Source of the DNA: an uncultured Gammaproteobacteria bacterium
GTDB taxonomy: Bacteria; Patescibacteriota; Microgenomatia; Levybacterales; GWA1-39-11
Direction: 5' to 3'
DNA: 64,000 nt
Assembly (NCBI GenBank): GCA_964427615.1
Contig: CAYRUR010000002.1
Coordinates: 81,847-145,846, forward strand
Below, piece by piece: positions 1 through 9,332 of this stretch. Below the pieces are notes generated by a model that was given only the letters and a program-made list of their open reading frames with translations, was not told the DNA's origin and searched no databases. A program made the translations under genes and the position numbers. The stretch's first letter is position 1, and the number at the start of each line of letters is the position of its first letter.

Positions 1-196
1 GAATTCGGTTATCTTTCTTTTCAACGTGTCCCTCAATTTTTGATACAGAGCCAGAACCATAAAGGTGAAGGTGAAACTCGGGAACACTAACATTTCTATG
101 CTCAACTTTTTGTTTAACGAACAAGCCGATAATTGTAACTGTAACTCCAACGACCCTAATAAGAATCTCAATTAGGTTAAGCGATATGTTTTCCAT
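1..196 (-). CDS. Partial hypothetical protein with N-terminal TM segment (runs off the window's left edge)
   Basis: Manual translation from ATG at 196: MENISLNLIEILIRVVGVTVTIIGLFVKQK..., open to position 1. Confidence 0.5.
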   Translation of the reverse strand, partial: MENISLNLIEILIRVVGVTVTIIGLFVKQKVEHRNVSVPEFHLHLYGSGSVSKIEGHVEKKDNRI

Positions 197-416
197 AAGC
201 TAAGCTTCTTTTATAATTTTTTTTAAATTTTCTTACCTGTATCTTCTATCTCCACACTTATTAACTTTTGTTGCTTTCAACTTATACTAAAAATATGTCA
301 AGCAATCAATACTTGAGAGCTCAATCTTACTACAATACTTCTATACAGAAGTGTGCTTAAAACGTTATTAGAAATTGAAATCAGCAAAATTAACTCAACC
401 AATAGCAGTTGCTCTT

Positions 417-493
417 TATAAAATGCTATACTGAAATAGAGATGGGTAAGAAATCGAAAATTGCTGTTTTTGTCTTTATTGCCATTGATATAC
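417..493 (+). repeat. Left copy of ~76-bp direct repeat (cyoA -10 box plus first ~16 codons); encodes truncated MGKKSKIAVFVFIAIDIQQS*
   Basis: Matches 5641-5716 with 3 substitutions and a 1-nt indel. Confidence 0.95.
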
Positions 494-533
494 AACAATC
501 TTAAGAATACCCCTTTTAATAACACTCCTACAC

Positions 534-1736
534 TTAGACAATTTCCTTCAGAACCTCAATAAATCTATCAATTTCATCTTCAGTGTTATAAAAATGAAGA
601 CTCACCCGTACAGAATCATTTAGTTGATCACCACTCCCTGTGCAATGTGTACCAGTACGCACATACATGTTGTTGCTGTCTAGAATAAAACCAACTTCCT
701 GTGAAACCATATTTTCAATATTGAACGCAATAATGCCATAACCAACTGCGCATCTACAAAATGCAATTCCAGGCAAGAATTCAACTTTATCTAAAGCTCT
801 TAATTTTCCGAGTAAATATTGGCTCAAATGTACTATTCGCTCTTGAATCTTCTCAATTGAAACTTCGTTAATAAAATCTATTGCTTTACCGAGTGAAATA
901 ATTCCAGCAAGATTTTCTGTTCCACCTTCCAAAAGATAGGGTAACTTCTTATAGGTAGTATTTGGTATATCAGATACAGTAGTTCCTCCGCCAACCAAAA
1001 ATGGATAAATTTGATCATGTATTCTTTGATTGATCCATAGAACACCTATTCCTGTTGATGCAAACATCTTATGACCTGAAAAACTAACAAAGTCTACTCC
1101 TAACTCTTGAACGTTCACTGGAATATGACCAATACTTTGAGCAGCATCAAGAGAGATTAAAATATCCTTCCTAGTCTTTTCTCTTATCACCTCAACATCA
1201 GTTTTGACACCATACACATTGTGAACGTGGGTTAGTGCAATAAGACGAGTTTTTTCCGTAACCTTTGATAAAACGTCTTCAACGTTTGCATCTCCTGCTG
1301 AAGTATTTTTGAAAGGAACAATTTTTATCTGGATACCAAATGTTTCTAAGGTGTTTTTAAGATTTATCCAAGGTAATACGTTAGAATCATGGTCTTCAAA
1401 ACAAACCATAATTTCATCATCTTTTTTCAGGTTATGTAATCCCCAAGAATATGCGACAGTATTAAGACTCGCTGTTGCACCTAAGGTAAAAATAACTTCA
1501 TCACAAGAGTTTGCATTAATAAAGTCTTTAACTTTTTCTCTTACTTGTTCAACCTCTCGTGTTACCTTATTGGCAATTACATAGCTACCCCGACCAGCAT
1601 TTGCACAGTATTCTGTAAAATATTTATTGATAGCATCTATTACTACTTTTGGCTTTTGAGTTGTTGAAGCATTGTCAAAATAAATGACCTCTGGATTTGA
1701 TACAAAAAATGGAAATTGATCTTTAAGATTCTGCAT
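534..1736 (-). CDS. SufS/CsdA-like cysteine desulfurase (class V PLP enzyme)
   Basis: YFDNASTTQKP, DAAQS, FSGHKM (PLP Lys), RTGTHC (catalytic Cys). Confidence 0.9.
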   Translation of the reverse strand: MQNLKDQFPFFVSNPEVIYFDNASTTQKPKVVIDAINKYFTEYCANAGRGSYVIANKVTREVEQVREKVKDFINANSCDEVIFTLGATASLNTVAYSWGLHNLKKDDEIMVCFEDHDSNVLPWINLKNTLETFGIQIKIVPFKNTSAGDANVEDVLSKVTEKTRLIALTHVHNVYGVKTDVEVIREKTRKDILISLDAAQSIGHIPVNVQELGVDFVSFSGHKMFASTGIGVLWINQRIHDQIYPFLVGGGTTVSDIPNTTYKKLPYLLEGGTENLAGIISLGKAIDFINEVSIEKIQERIVHLSQYLLGKLRALDKVEFLPGIAFCRCAVGYGIIAFNIENMVSQEVGFILDSNNMYVRTGTHCTGSGDQLNDSVRVSLHFYNTEDEIDRFIEVLKEIV

Positions 1737-3072
1737 TATGTAATTCTCCTATTTTTGCAGGCTTAACTTTTTCTAAAGACAACCCTGCGTCTCTCCATGC
1801 AACAATTCCACCTTCAAGATTATGAGCGTGATAACCTTTGGATTGCAGATACACAACATATTTTTTTGATTGTTCACCAACTGGACAGATAAATAAGACA
1901 GCCTGCTCTTCACAAAAAGGCATATTCCCATCTAATATTTTCACCAAATGTTCTTGAGGAATGTTAATTGATCCTTTTATGTGGGCTGTCTTAAAAGCTA
2001 AATTTGAACGAATATCTATAATGATTGGATTGTGTTCCTTAATCCATTCCTGGACATTTTCTAAGTTTACAGCCGGAGCTTCTAGGCATTGTTCTTCTGT
2101 AATATTTGCAATGCTATCAACTTTGGTTTTTTCACCAAAAACTTCGGGTTTTCGCTCCTTTATATAAGAAATATAGTATTCAAATCTGTCACAAGCAACG
2201 AAAACAGCAGTCTTTTTTTCAGTAAGTTGTGAATCTATCTTCTTAAGATATTGCAGAGTACCTTCAAATGATGCTCCACTCGTTGGCCCTGCTAAAATTC
2301 CACATTGTCTGATAAGAGTTAACATGGCATCAATTGACCTTCTTGAGTCTACCTCTTCTATAGATTCATAAAATTCTTTATCAAAAAGACCTACTTCCCA
2401 CATTTCAGTAATGGTTCTAATTCCTGGAATGTAGTCGTCTGCTGATGAAACAATGCCTACACTTATAAGCTCAGGATTTTGTTTTTTCATATACATTGCT
2501 GTTCCTCGTGTAGACCCTGTTGTTCCAAGTCCTCCAAAGAAGTAATCAACTTTGCTTAAATCATCAGTAATTTCCTTACCTGTAGTTGCATAATGAACCT
2601 CAATGTTTTTTTCATTTGTATATTGGGTTGTGTAATAATACTTATCTTGATTTTGCGTAACAATATTGTCTATATAAGTAAGAGGATCATTTGGATCTGT
2701 AGGGTCAGGACATTCACTTTTCCCAGGAAGCTGTTCTATCTCTGCTCCCATAACTTGTAAGATTGCTTTTACCTCTGGAACTTTAATCCTATTGGTAATT
2801 GTCTTAAAGGGAATACCATAAATTGAGGCAATTGCTTGCAAGACTTTAGCTGTATTCCCACTTGATGATTCAAGAATTGTTTGATTCTTTTCTTTAATAC
2901 TTTGAAGGTCATCTTTAATCATTGCCCAACCAATCCTATCTTTTACTGACCCAAAGGGATTATAAAACTCAAGTTTTGCATATAGGTCAATATTCTTGAG
3001 ACCATGTACTTTGGGGTCAATTTTAAGAAGTGGTGTATTTCCAATCAATTCAGTTATATGTTGATAAATCAT
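1723..3072 (-). CDS. Cysteine synthase (CysK/CBS)-family PLP enzyme fused to a C-terminal rhodanese domain
   Basis: IGNTPL, KLEFYNPFGSVKDR, ESSSGNT, GLGTTGS; C-terminal IIDIRS...AHIKGSINIP...ICPVGEQS...NLEGGIVAW. Confidence 0.9.
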   Translation of the reverse strand: MIYQHITELIGNTPLLKIDPKVHGLKNIDLYAKLEFYNPFGSVKDRIGWAMIKDDLQSIKEKNQTILESSSGNTAKVLQAIASIYGIPFKTITNRIKVPEVKAILQVMGAEIEQLPGKSECPDPTDPNDPLTYIDNIVTQNQDKYYYTTQYTNEKNIEVHYATTGKEITDDLSKVDYFFGGLGTTGSTRGTAMYMKKQNPELISVGIVSSADDYIPGIRTITEMWEVGLFDKEFYESIEEVDSRRSIDAMLTLIRQCGILAGPTSGASFEGTLQYLKKIDSQLTEKKTAVFVACDRFEYYISYIKERKPEVFGEKTKVDSIANITEEQCLEAPAVNLENVQEWIKEHNPIIIDIRSNLAFKTAHIKGSINIPQEHLVKILDGNMPFCEEQAVLFICPVGEQSKKYVVYLQSKGYHAHNLEGGIVAWRDAGLSLEKVKPAKIGELHNAES

Positions 3073-4517
3073 AGTTGTTCCTCCAGAAGGTAGGGATTGT
3101 ACTGTTCATCTTCAAACCATAAGAACTTATTGTTCCTCTTCACAACTGCTATTTTTTTTGCTATTTGCTGTTGAATAGTTGCAGATTCTGTAAAATCCAT
3201 ATTGTAGGCAGCAGTATTTACAAAAATTACCAAATCTCCAACCTCAGGAAGTTGTCTTATAAAAGTTTTATGTTTGTAGATAAAATCACTCTCAAGACAT
3301 AAGTTACCAATAAAATAAACCCCATAATCTCCTTCTTCCTTAGTTATATTTTTGTAGATGATAATCGGATCAAGCATCATTTCCTGATCAGTGGAGGCTA
3401 AATTTGAGCGATTCATATCCAATCCAATTAGAATTTCACCTTGAGGAGACTCTTTAACAAAATTTACTTTTGCAATGGTAATACCTGCTTGATTTAATAA
3501 TGATCTTCCTGGTTCAATAACAAGCTGCATCATTATTTCACTGAGAACATCTCCTGCTGATAGATTGTCGTATGAGGAAAGTTTGGTAGATAAAATCTCG
3601 TCTAAATATTCTGCTCCTGCTTGTTTTGTGAAATATTCATAAAAATTAGTAGCTCCCCTAATAACATTGCCCTCATTTCTAAATCCAAAGTTTGTATTAT
3701 GCCAAGTAATTGATGGAATCTTTCCTAAAGCTGCTTGTTGCAAGCTACCTATAAAATCTGTCCACTCTTTTTCATCTGCTATATAGCATATTTTAAAACC
3801 TCCACCAATATTTATAATCTGAGGATTTAACCCAACTTCTTGAAACTTTTCTAGCATTTGGATTAAATTTTCTAATGCAATTGTCTTCTCTTGAGGTGTA
3901 TTTGCATCAAGGTGATAAGAAAAACCTTGAAAGTTAAAAACCTTCCGATTCTCAAGCAGCATATTAGTAACTTTCTTATAGTCTTTAATATCTATCCCAA
4001 ATCTAGAATCTTTTGGAACTATTTTTGTATCTTCCGAACTAAAACCGCCAAAACGAATGAGCGTTTTTACTGATTCTTTATGTTTAATCTTTTTATGTAA
4101 AAGAATAATTTGTTCTAATTCAGAAAAGTTATCAACTTGAATTAGACACCTTTGTTGGATTGCAAGTAATAAGAAAGCTAGATTCTTAGGCCCAGTTACT
4201 TCTATTTCTCCTCCTTGATAACCACTGGCTAAAGCATCTATTAATTCTTTTTCTGATGCAGCATCAATTAGTATTCCTTCATAGTGGGCTTGCTTAACAA
4301 AAGCTTTGGATTTATTAGCTTTGTGAGCATAATAAATCTTTCCTTTTAAGTGGTGTTTTTCAAATATCTGCTGTAAAGATGCTATATTATCACTCAATTT
4401 CTCAGGAAAAATTATATTCAAAGGAGAACCAAAACAATTCAGGAGTGTAGTAATAGTTGATTGCTCATTTATGAATTCCTTAACGAGAGGATCAAGAATA
4501 GGAGTTAATTTGATCAT
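3069..4517 (-). CDS. LysA/diaminopimelate-decarboxylase-like fold-type III PLP enzyme (Y4yA-like)
   Basis: YAHKAN (PLP Lys), DAASEKEL, SRFG, NIGGGF, IEPGRSL, GNLCLESD, NTAAY. Confidence 0.85.
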   Translation of the reverse strand: MIKLTPILDPLVKEFINEQSTITTLLNCFGSPLNIIFPEKLSDNIASLQQIFEKHHLKGKIYYAHKANKSKAFVKQAHYEGILIDAASEKELIDALASGYQGGEIEVTGPKNLAFLLLAIQQRCLIQVDNFSELEQIILLHKKIKHKESVKTLIRFGGFSSEDTKIVPKDSRFGIDIKDYKKVTNMLLENRKVFNFQGFSYHLDANTPQEKTIALENLIQMLEKFQEVGLNPQIINIGGGFKICYIADEKEWTDFIGSLQQAALGKIPSITWHNTNFGFRNEGNVIRGATNFYEYFTKQAGAEYLDEILSTKLSSYDNLSAGDVLSEIMMQLVIEPGRSLLNQAGITIAKVNFVKESPQGEILIGLDMNRSNLASTDQEMMLDPIIIYKNITKEEGDYGVYFIGNLCLESDFIYKHKTFIRQLPEVGDLVIFVNTAAYNMDFTESATIQQQIAKKIAVVKRNNKFLWFEDEQYNPYLLEEQL

Positions 4518-4519
4518 AG

Positions 4520-5476
4520 TTACTTCTGGGGATATTGAAAAGTAACATCAATTTGGTCAGAAATATCTCCATATGCATTAACTATGTAATCTTGGGCAAC
4601 ATATTTTTTATGTAACTCATGGAGTAAATGAAGCTTCTTTTCTCTATCCTCACCTTTCCTTTCTATTAGCTCAACAATTCTCTCAAACAATGCCAACTCT
4701 TGCTCTGATAGAATAGCGATGTCTAATGGAATATCTTGTTGTCTAGCTTGTTTAATTTCCCTCTTCAGCATAAATCCGCCTAGTAACTTATCACCAATCT
4801 TTTGTTTCAAATATTCTAAATCAGCCTCATCTTCTATCTTATTTCCAACTACGTAGAGATTTTCACCTACTCCTGCGTCTTTTGCTAATTGCATGTATTG
4901 TTCATAGACAGAAGTCCCTTCAGGAGTAGGTTCAATTACTAATATTATTGCATCAAACTGTGCATGAAGTGTATTTGAGAATGCATCTGTACCAGCAACC
5001 ATGTCAGATACAATCCACTCATCTTTTTTAAGAACAGTGTGGGAAAGAATATTTTCAAAAATTGCTAAATTTGTATGATAGCAAGCTGTACCAATTTCAT
5101 CACTATCATACGTTCCTACAAACATGTAATAGCCATTATCGGCAAATTTGTGAGCAAATTTTTTTATTAAGTAATCTTCTTTATCTATACTAACTAGACT
5201 TGAACCTTTTCCAGGAGGAGTTGTTTTAACAATGTGTTTATAATCTTTAATTCTATTATTATCCCCTTTTAAGTGCTTACGGATTAATGCGACATTACTA
5301 TGTTCAGATAGAGCAAGATCAGGGTTACGTTCTATACCAAGTAATCCTGAAACATGGATATTAATATCGGCATCAATCGCTAAAACCGTCTTATTATTTC
5401 TAAGTAAGTACTGGATAAATAAGGAAGTAGTTGTACTTTTTCCAGATCCACCTTTTCCAACAAATGCTATTTTCAT
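4520..5476 (-). CDS. CooC/ParA-like P-loop ATPase
   Basis: MKIAFVGKGGSGKST, IDAD, GTACYH in place of CooC GCxC, DMVAG, VGNKI; start moved to ATG at 5476. Confidence 0.85.
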   Translation of the reverse strand: MKIAFVGKGGSGKSTTTSLFIQYLLRNNKTVLAIDADINIHVSGLLGIERNPDLALSEHSNVALIRKHLKGDNNRIKDYKHIVKTTPPGKGSSLVSIDKEDYLIKKFAHKFADNGYYMFVGTYDSDEIGTACYHTNLAIFENILSHTVLKKDEWIVSDMVAGTDAFSNTLHAQFDAIILVIEPTPEGTSVYEQYMQLAKDAGVGENLYVVGNKIEDEADLEYLKQKIGDKLLGGFMLKREIKQARQQDIPLDIAILSEQELALFERIVELIERKGEDREKKLHLLHELHKKYVAQDYIVNAYGDISDQIDVTFQYPQK

Positions 5477-5481
5477 AACTA

Positions 5482-5532
5482 TAAATGCAATAGAATTGCA
5501 TTTAGTATATGCGAGTGACTCGCATTTGTCAA
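5482..5532 (-). promoter_or_regulatory. Consensus sigma70 promoter with two operator palindromes
   Basis: TTGACA (5532-5527), 17 nt, TATACT (5509-5504); palindromes TAAATGCAAT-AGA-ATTGCATTTA (5482-5504) and ATGCGAGT-G-ACTCGCAT (5509-5525). Confidence 0.85.
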
Positions 5533-5640
5533 TCCACAAACAGTTAAAACATTCCGAATAAATCTAAATAATTAAGTTGATCTCTGCTTTGAATGTTCCA
5601 ACGGATAAATTCATAAAGGGGATTGTATTCAAATGGTTTC

Positions 5641-5716
5641 TACAAAATGCTATACTGAATAGAGATGGGTAAGAAATCGAAAATTGCTGTTTTTGCCTTT
5701 ATTGCCATTGATGTAC
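5641..5716 (+). repeat. Right copy of ~76-bp direct repeat (functional cyoA promoter/5' end)
   Basis: Matches 417-493. Confidence 0.95.
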
Positions 5717-6591
5717 TTCTAGTACTATGGCTCCTGCTTCATGATGCTACATTCCCCGTTCTGCATCCGAATGGTGCCATAGCCATACAAGAGCGGAATC
5801 TTTTTGTCTTTGCCATAGTGCTGGCACTTAGCATTATTCTTCCGGTATTTATCATGACTGCCATTATTGTCATGCGCTATCGTAAAGGAAATACCAAGGC
5901 CTCCTATACCCCCAACTGGAATCGTAACAGAAAATTGGAGGTTCTCTGGTGGATTATTCCCAGCACTATTATCTTTATCCTGGCTGTTGTTACCTGGTAC
6001 ACAACCCATGCACTTGATCCATACAAGCCACTTGCTAGTAACACTAAGCCTATGACCATTCAGGTAGTAGCTCTGCAATGGAAATGGCTTTTTATCTACC
6101 CTGAACAAAATATTGCTACGGTAAATTATGTGGTGTTTCCTGAAAAAACACCGCTCACGTTTGAACTCACAGCAGACGCACCCATGAATTCACTGTGGAT
6201 CCCTCATCTGGGTGGACAGCTCTATGCTATGGCAGGTATGGTTACAAAGCATCACTTAATGGCCAATGAAACTGGTGAATTCCCAGGCTCATCTGCTGAG
6301 ATCAGCGGAGAAGGATTTGCGAGTATGCGCTTTACCGCCAAAGCAACAACAAGCGAAGAATTCGAGCAATGGGTAGAGTCAGTCAAGTCTACTGCTACCC
6401 CCCCACTTGATCAAGCCACATATGATACGTTGGCAAAACCAAACACCCATCCTTCTCCTACCTTTTATGCATCAGTCGAGAAGGATATGTATAATAAAAT
6501 AGTCATGAAGTATAAGCCTTCTAACAACATGCCACAGAATCACAAGATGAACAACGATACATCCATGCCATCAAGTCCTGAGATGCACTGA
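5665..6591 (+). CDS. cyoA: Cytochrome bo3 quinol oxidase subunit II
   Basis: LEVLWWIIP, IQVVALQWKWLFIYPEQ, WIPHLGGQLYAMAGM, no CuA cysteines. Confidence 0.95.
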   Translation: MGKKSKIAVFAFIAIDVLLVLWLLLHDATFPVLHPNGAIAIQERNLFVFAIVLALSIILPVFIMTAIIVMRYRKGNTKASYTPNWNRNRKLEVLWWIIPSTIIFILAVVTWYTTHALDPYKPLASNTKPMTIQVVALQWKWLFIYPEQNIATVNYVVFPEKTPLTFELTADAPMNSLWIPHLGGQLYAMAGMVTKHHLMANETGEFPGSSAEISGEGFASMRFTAKATTSEEFEQWVESVKSTATPPLDQATYDTLAKPNTHPSPTFYASVEKDMYNKIVMKYKPSNNMPQNHKMNNDTSMPSSPEMH

Positions 6592-6599
6592 TAATTACT

Positions 6600-8573
6600 A
6601 TGCAAGAACTTATTTTTGGAAGATTAACACTTGAAGCACTACCCCATGAGTGGTTCACCATAGGCGGAACAGCTACCGTTATGGGCATGGGAGTAGCAAT
6701 TGCCCTTTTCTTAACCTACACCAAACGCTGGAAATGGCTTTGGAATGAGTGGCTCACTAGCGTAGACCCTAAAAAAATCGGCATCATGTACATCATTGTT
6801 GCTTTTCTGATGTTTGTACGCGGTGGTCTTGATGCTGTCATGATATGGCTTCAGCAGGCACTAGCAAGCGGAGCAGCAACCGGATATCTTACCCCAGATC
6901 ATTTCCAACAGATTTTTACAGCACATGGCAACATCATGGTCTTTTTTGTTACCATGGGTTTTTTGTCCGGACTCCTGAACCTAATTGTGCCCCTGCAGAT
7001 AGGAGCACGTGATGTTGCCTACCCGTTATTAAATACCCTGAGCTTTTGGCTGTATGTAGCAGGTGCAATTTTTGTCAATCTTTTCTTCGTAGTTGGAGGA
7101 GAATTTTCTGCTGTAGGGTGGCTAGCAGTCGCGCCTCTTTCAGGGCCTGAGTATAGTCCTGGTGTTGGTGTCGATTACTGGATTTGGACACTGCAATTAT
7201 CAGGACTTGGAACCATTCTAGCTGGTATTAACTTCTTAGTTACCATTCTTAAAATGCGTGCTCCTGGTATGAGCCTCATGAAAATGCCAATCTTTACCTG
7301 GACTTCACTCTTAAGCATGATCTTGGTGCTCACTGTCTTCCCAATACTGGGCGCAACCACCCTTCTTTTATTTTTAGATCGCTTTTTAGGTATGCACTTA
7401 TTTACTTCAGGTTTTGGAGGAGATCCTATGATGTACGTCAACCTCATCTGGATGTGGGGACATCCTGAAATTTACATTTTAATTCTGCCTGTATTTGGCA
7501 TTTATTCAGAAGTTGTAGCAACCTTTTCACAAAAGCGAATTTTTGGCTATACCTCAACTATGCTCGCTTCAGCAGGAGTTATGCTACTCTCCATGTTAGT
7601 CTGGCTACACCACTTCTTCACTATGGGAGCAGGTGCAAGCGTTAATACTTTTTTTGGTATTATTACTATGCTCATTGCCATTCCAACTGGCGTACAAATA
7701 TTTAACTGGCTCACTACCATGTTTCGCGGAAAAATTGTACTTGCCACTCCTATGTACTGGTTCTTAGGGTTTATCAGTACCTTCTCACTGGGAGGAGTTA
7801 CTGGCGTTATGCTAGGAGTTCCTGGAATTGACTTTCAAGTCCACAACTCTCTTTTTCTGGTTGCGCATTTTCATACCATGGTTATTGGTGGTGCTCTCTT
7901 TGGTATTTTTGCAGGCTTTACGTATTGGTTTCCAAAGATTATGGGTTTTCGGCTCCATGAACGACTTGGCAAATATGCTTTCTGGTGCTGGATTGTCGGC
8001 TTTTTTACTTCCTTTGTACCGCTCTATATCCTAGGACTCATGGGAGCTACGAGAAGACTCGATCACTACACTGACCCTTCCTGGCAGCCACTATTTATCG
8101 TGTCACTTATTGGCAGCATTATTATTACCTGTGGGGTTTTCCTTCAGATATTGCAAATTATTGTAAGTATCAGACAACGCAAGCAACTTGTTGATACAAC
8201 AGGAGATCCTTGGAATGGACGCACCCTGGAATGGTCAACACCTTCTCCTGTCCCCCATTACAACTTTGCTGTTATACCTGCCGTGCAGAGCCGTGATGCA
8301 TTTTGGGAAATGAAATCCTCTCAAGGTGAGCATTCCAAAAACAGAAACATCCAATACAAAGATTTTCACATGCCCAAAAATACGGCAGCAGGAATTTATA
8401 TCTCAGGCTTTCTCTTTCTTCTAGGATTTGCTTTTGTCTGGCATATTATGTGGCTGGTTGTGGCAAGTATCATAGGAGCAATTGCTTGCTTTGTCGTCCG
8501 TGCATTTGATGAAAATACTGAATATGTAGTAACAGCTGAGGAAGTTGAGAAAATGGAAAAGAAATTAGTATAA
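6600..8573 (+). CDS. cyoB: Cytochrome bo3 quinol oxidase subunit I
   Basis: QIFTAHG, GARDVAYP, WGHPEIY, WLHHFF, AHFH, TRR, GDPWNGRTLEW. Confidence 0.97.
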   Translation: MQELIFGRLTLEALPHEWFTIGGTATVMGMGVAIALFLTYTKRWKWLWNEWLTSVDPKKIGIMYIIVAFLMFVRGGLDAVMIWLQQALASGAATGYLTPDHFQQIFTAHGNIMVFFVTMGFLSGLLNLIVPLQIGARDVAYPLLNTLSFWLYVAGAIFVNLFFVVGGEFSAVGWLAVAPLSGPEYSPGVGVDYWIWTLQLSGLGTILAGINFLVTILKMRAPGMSLMKMPIFTWTSLLSMILVLTVFPILGATTLLLFLDRFLGMHLFTSGFGGDPMMYVNLIWMWGHPEIYILILPVFGIYSEVVATFSQKRIFGYTSTMLASAGVMLLSMLVWLHHFFTMGAGASVNTFFGIITMLIAIPTGVQIFNWLTTMFRGKIVLATPMYWFLGFISTFSLGGVTGVMLGVPGIDFQVHNSLFLVAHFHTMVIGGALFGIFAGFTYWFPKIMGFRLHERLGKYAFWCWIVGFFTSFVPLYILGLMGATRRLDHYTDPSWQPLFIVSLIGSIIITCGVFLQILQIIVSIRQRKQLVDTTGDPWNGRTLEWSTPSPVPHYNFAVIPAVQSRDAFWEMKSSQGEHSKNRNIQYKDFHMPKNTAAGIYISGFLFLLGFAFVWHIMWLVVASIIGAIACFVVRAFDENTEYVVTAEEVEKMEKKLV

Positions 8574-8690
8574 AGTATGAAGAAGTAAGTATTAAGTATG
8601 GAATTAAGAACAGTAGACAGTATACGGAAAACAGAGAAAAAATTTAGAATTTCGAATTTAGTATTTAGAATTTAAAATTAACAAGTTTAG
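8574..8690. repeat. Degenerate 7-mer tandem repeat patch between cyoB and cyoC
   Basis: aagtatg/aagaagt/aagtatt/aagtatg, then tttagaa/tttcgaa/tttagta/tttagaa. Confidence 0.7.
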
Positions 8691-8699
8691 TTATTAACT

Positions 8700-9329
8700 A
8701 TGTCTTTAACAAAAATTGAAACGATACAATTAAATAAAGTAAGTGAACACGAAAAAGCAGAGGATAAATCTTTATTTGGTTTCTGGATATACCTCATGAC
8801 AGACTTGATTATGTTTGCTGTCTTTTTTGCAACGTATGCAGTACTGCATGGAAATACTTTTGGCGGACCATCAGCTAAAGAACTTTTTAGCCTCCCTTTT
8901 GCACTCACCGAAACCATCATTTTGCTTACCAGTAGTTTTACCTGTGGACTCGGTATATTGTTTGCACGAGACAACGACAAGCAAAAAACACTGCTCTTCT
9001 TTTTTCTTACCTTTCTTTTAGGAATTGCATTTTTGGGTATGGAATTAGTGGAGTTTTCCTCCTTACTGCATGAAGGACATGGATTTGGAGAAAGTGCTTT
9101 TCTCTCATCATTTTTTACGCTTGTGGGAGCGCATGGTCTGCATATTGCATCTGGTCTGATATGGCTTGGTATCTTACTGGTTTTTGTTGTAAAACGAGGG
9201 CTTACCCCTAGTATGCTTCGCAAACTAACACTTTTGAGTATTTTCTGGCATTTTTTGGATCTTGTCTGGATCTTTATTTTTACCATTGTATACTTAATGG
9301 GAGCCATGCCAAGCACAGGAGCAATGTAG
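8700..9329 (+). CDS. cyoC: Cytochrome bo3 oxidase subunit III
   Basis: FGFWIYLMTD, ETIILLTSSFT, AFLSSFFTLVGAHGLH, FWHFLDLVW. Confidence 0.95.
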   Translation: MSLTKIETIQLNKVSEHEKAEDKSLFGFWIYLMTDLIMFAVFFATYAVLHGNTFGGPSAKELFSLPFALTETIILLTSSFTCGLGILFARDNDKQKTLLFFFLTFLLGIAFLGMELVEFSSLLHEGHGFGESAFLSSFFTLVGAHGLHIASGLIWLGILLVFVVKRGLTPSMLRKLTLLSIFWHFLDLVWIFIFTIVYLMGAMPSTGAM

Positions 9330-9332
9330 CAT

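Noticed and set aside
298-525. 75-aa minus-strand ORF
   Set aside because: Antisense across the duplicated cyoA stub; no recognisable protein features
534-1736. Housekeeping SUF Fe-S operon
   Set aside because: No sufBCD, sufE or sufU nearby; the context points to a specialised pathway
5477-5539. N-terminal extension of the ATPase in the ORF track
   Set aside because: It overlaps the promoter and operators; MKIAFVGKGG is the typical family start
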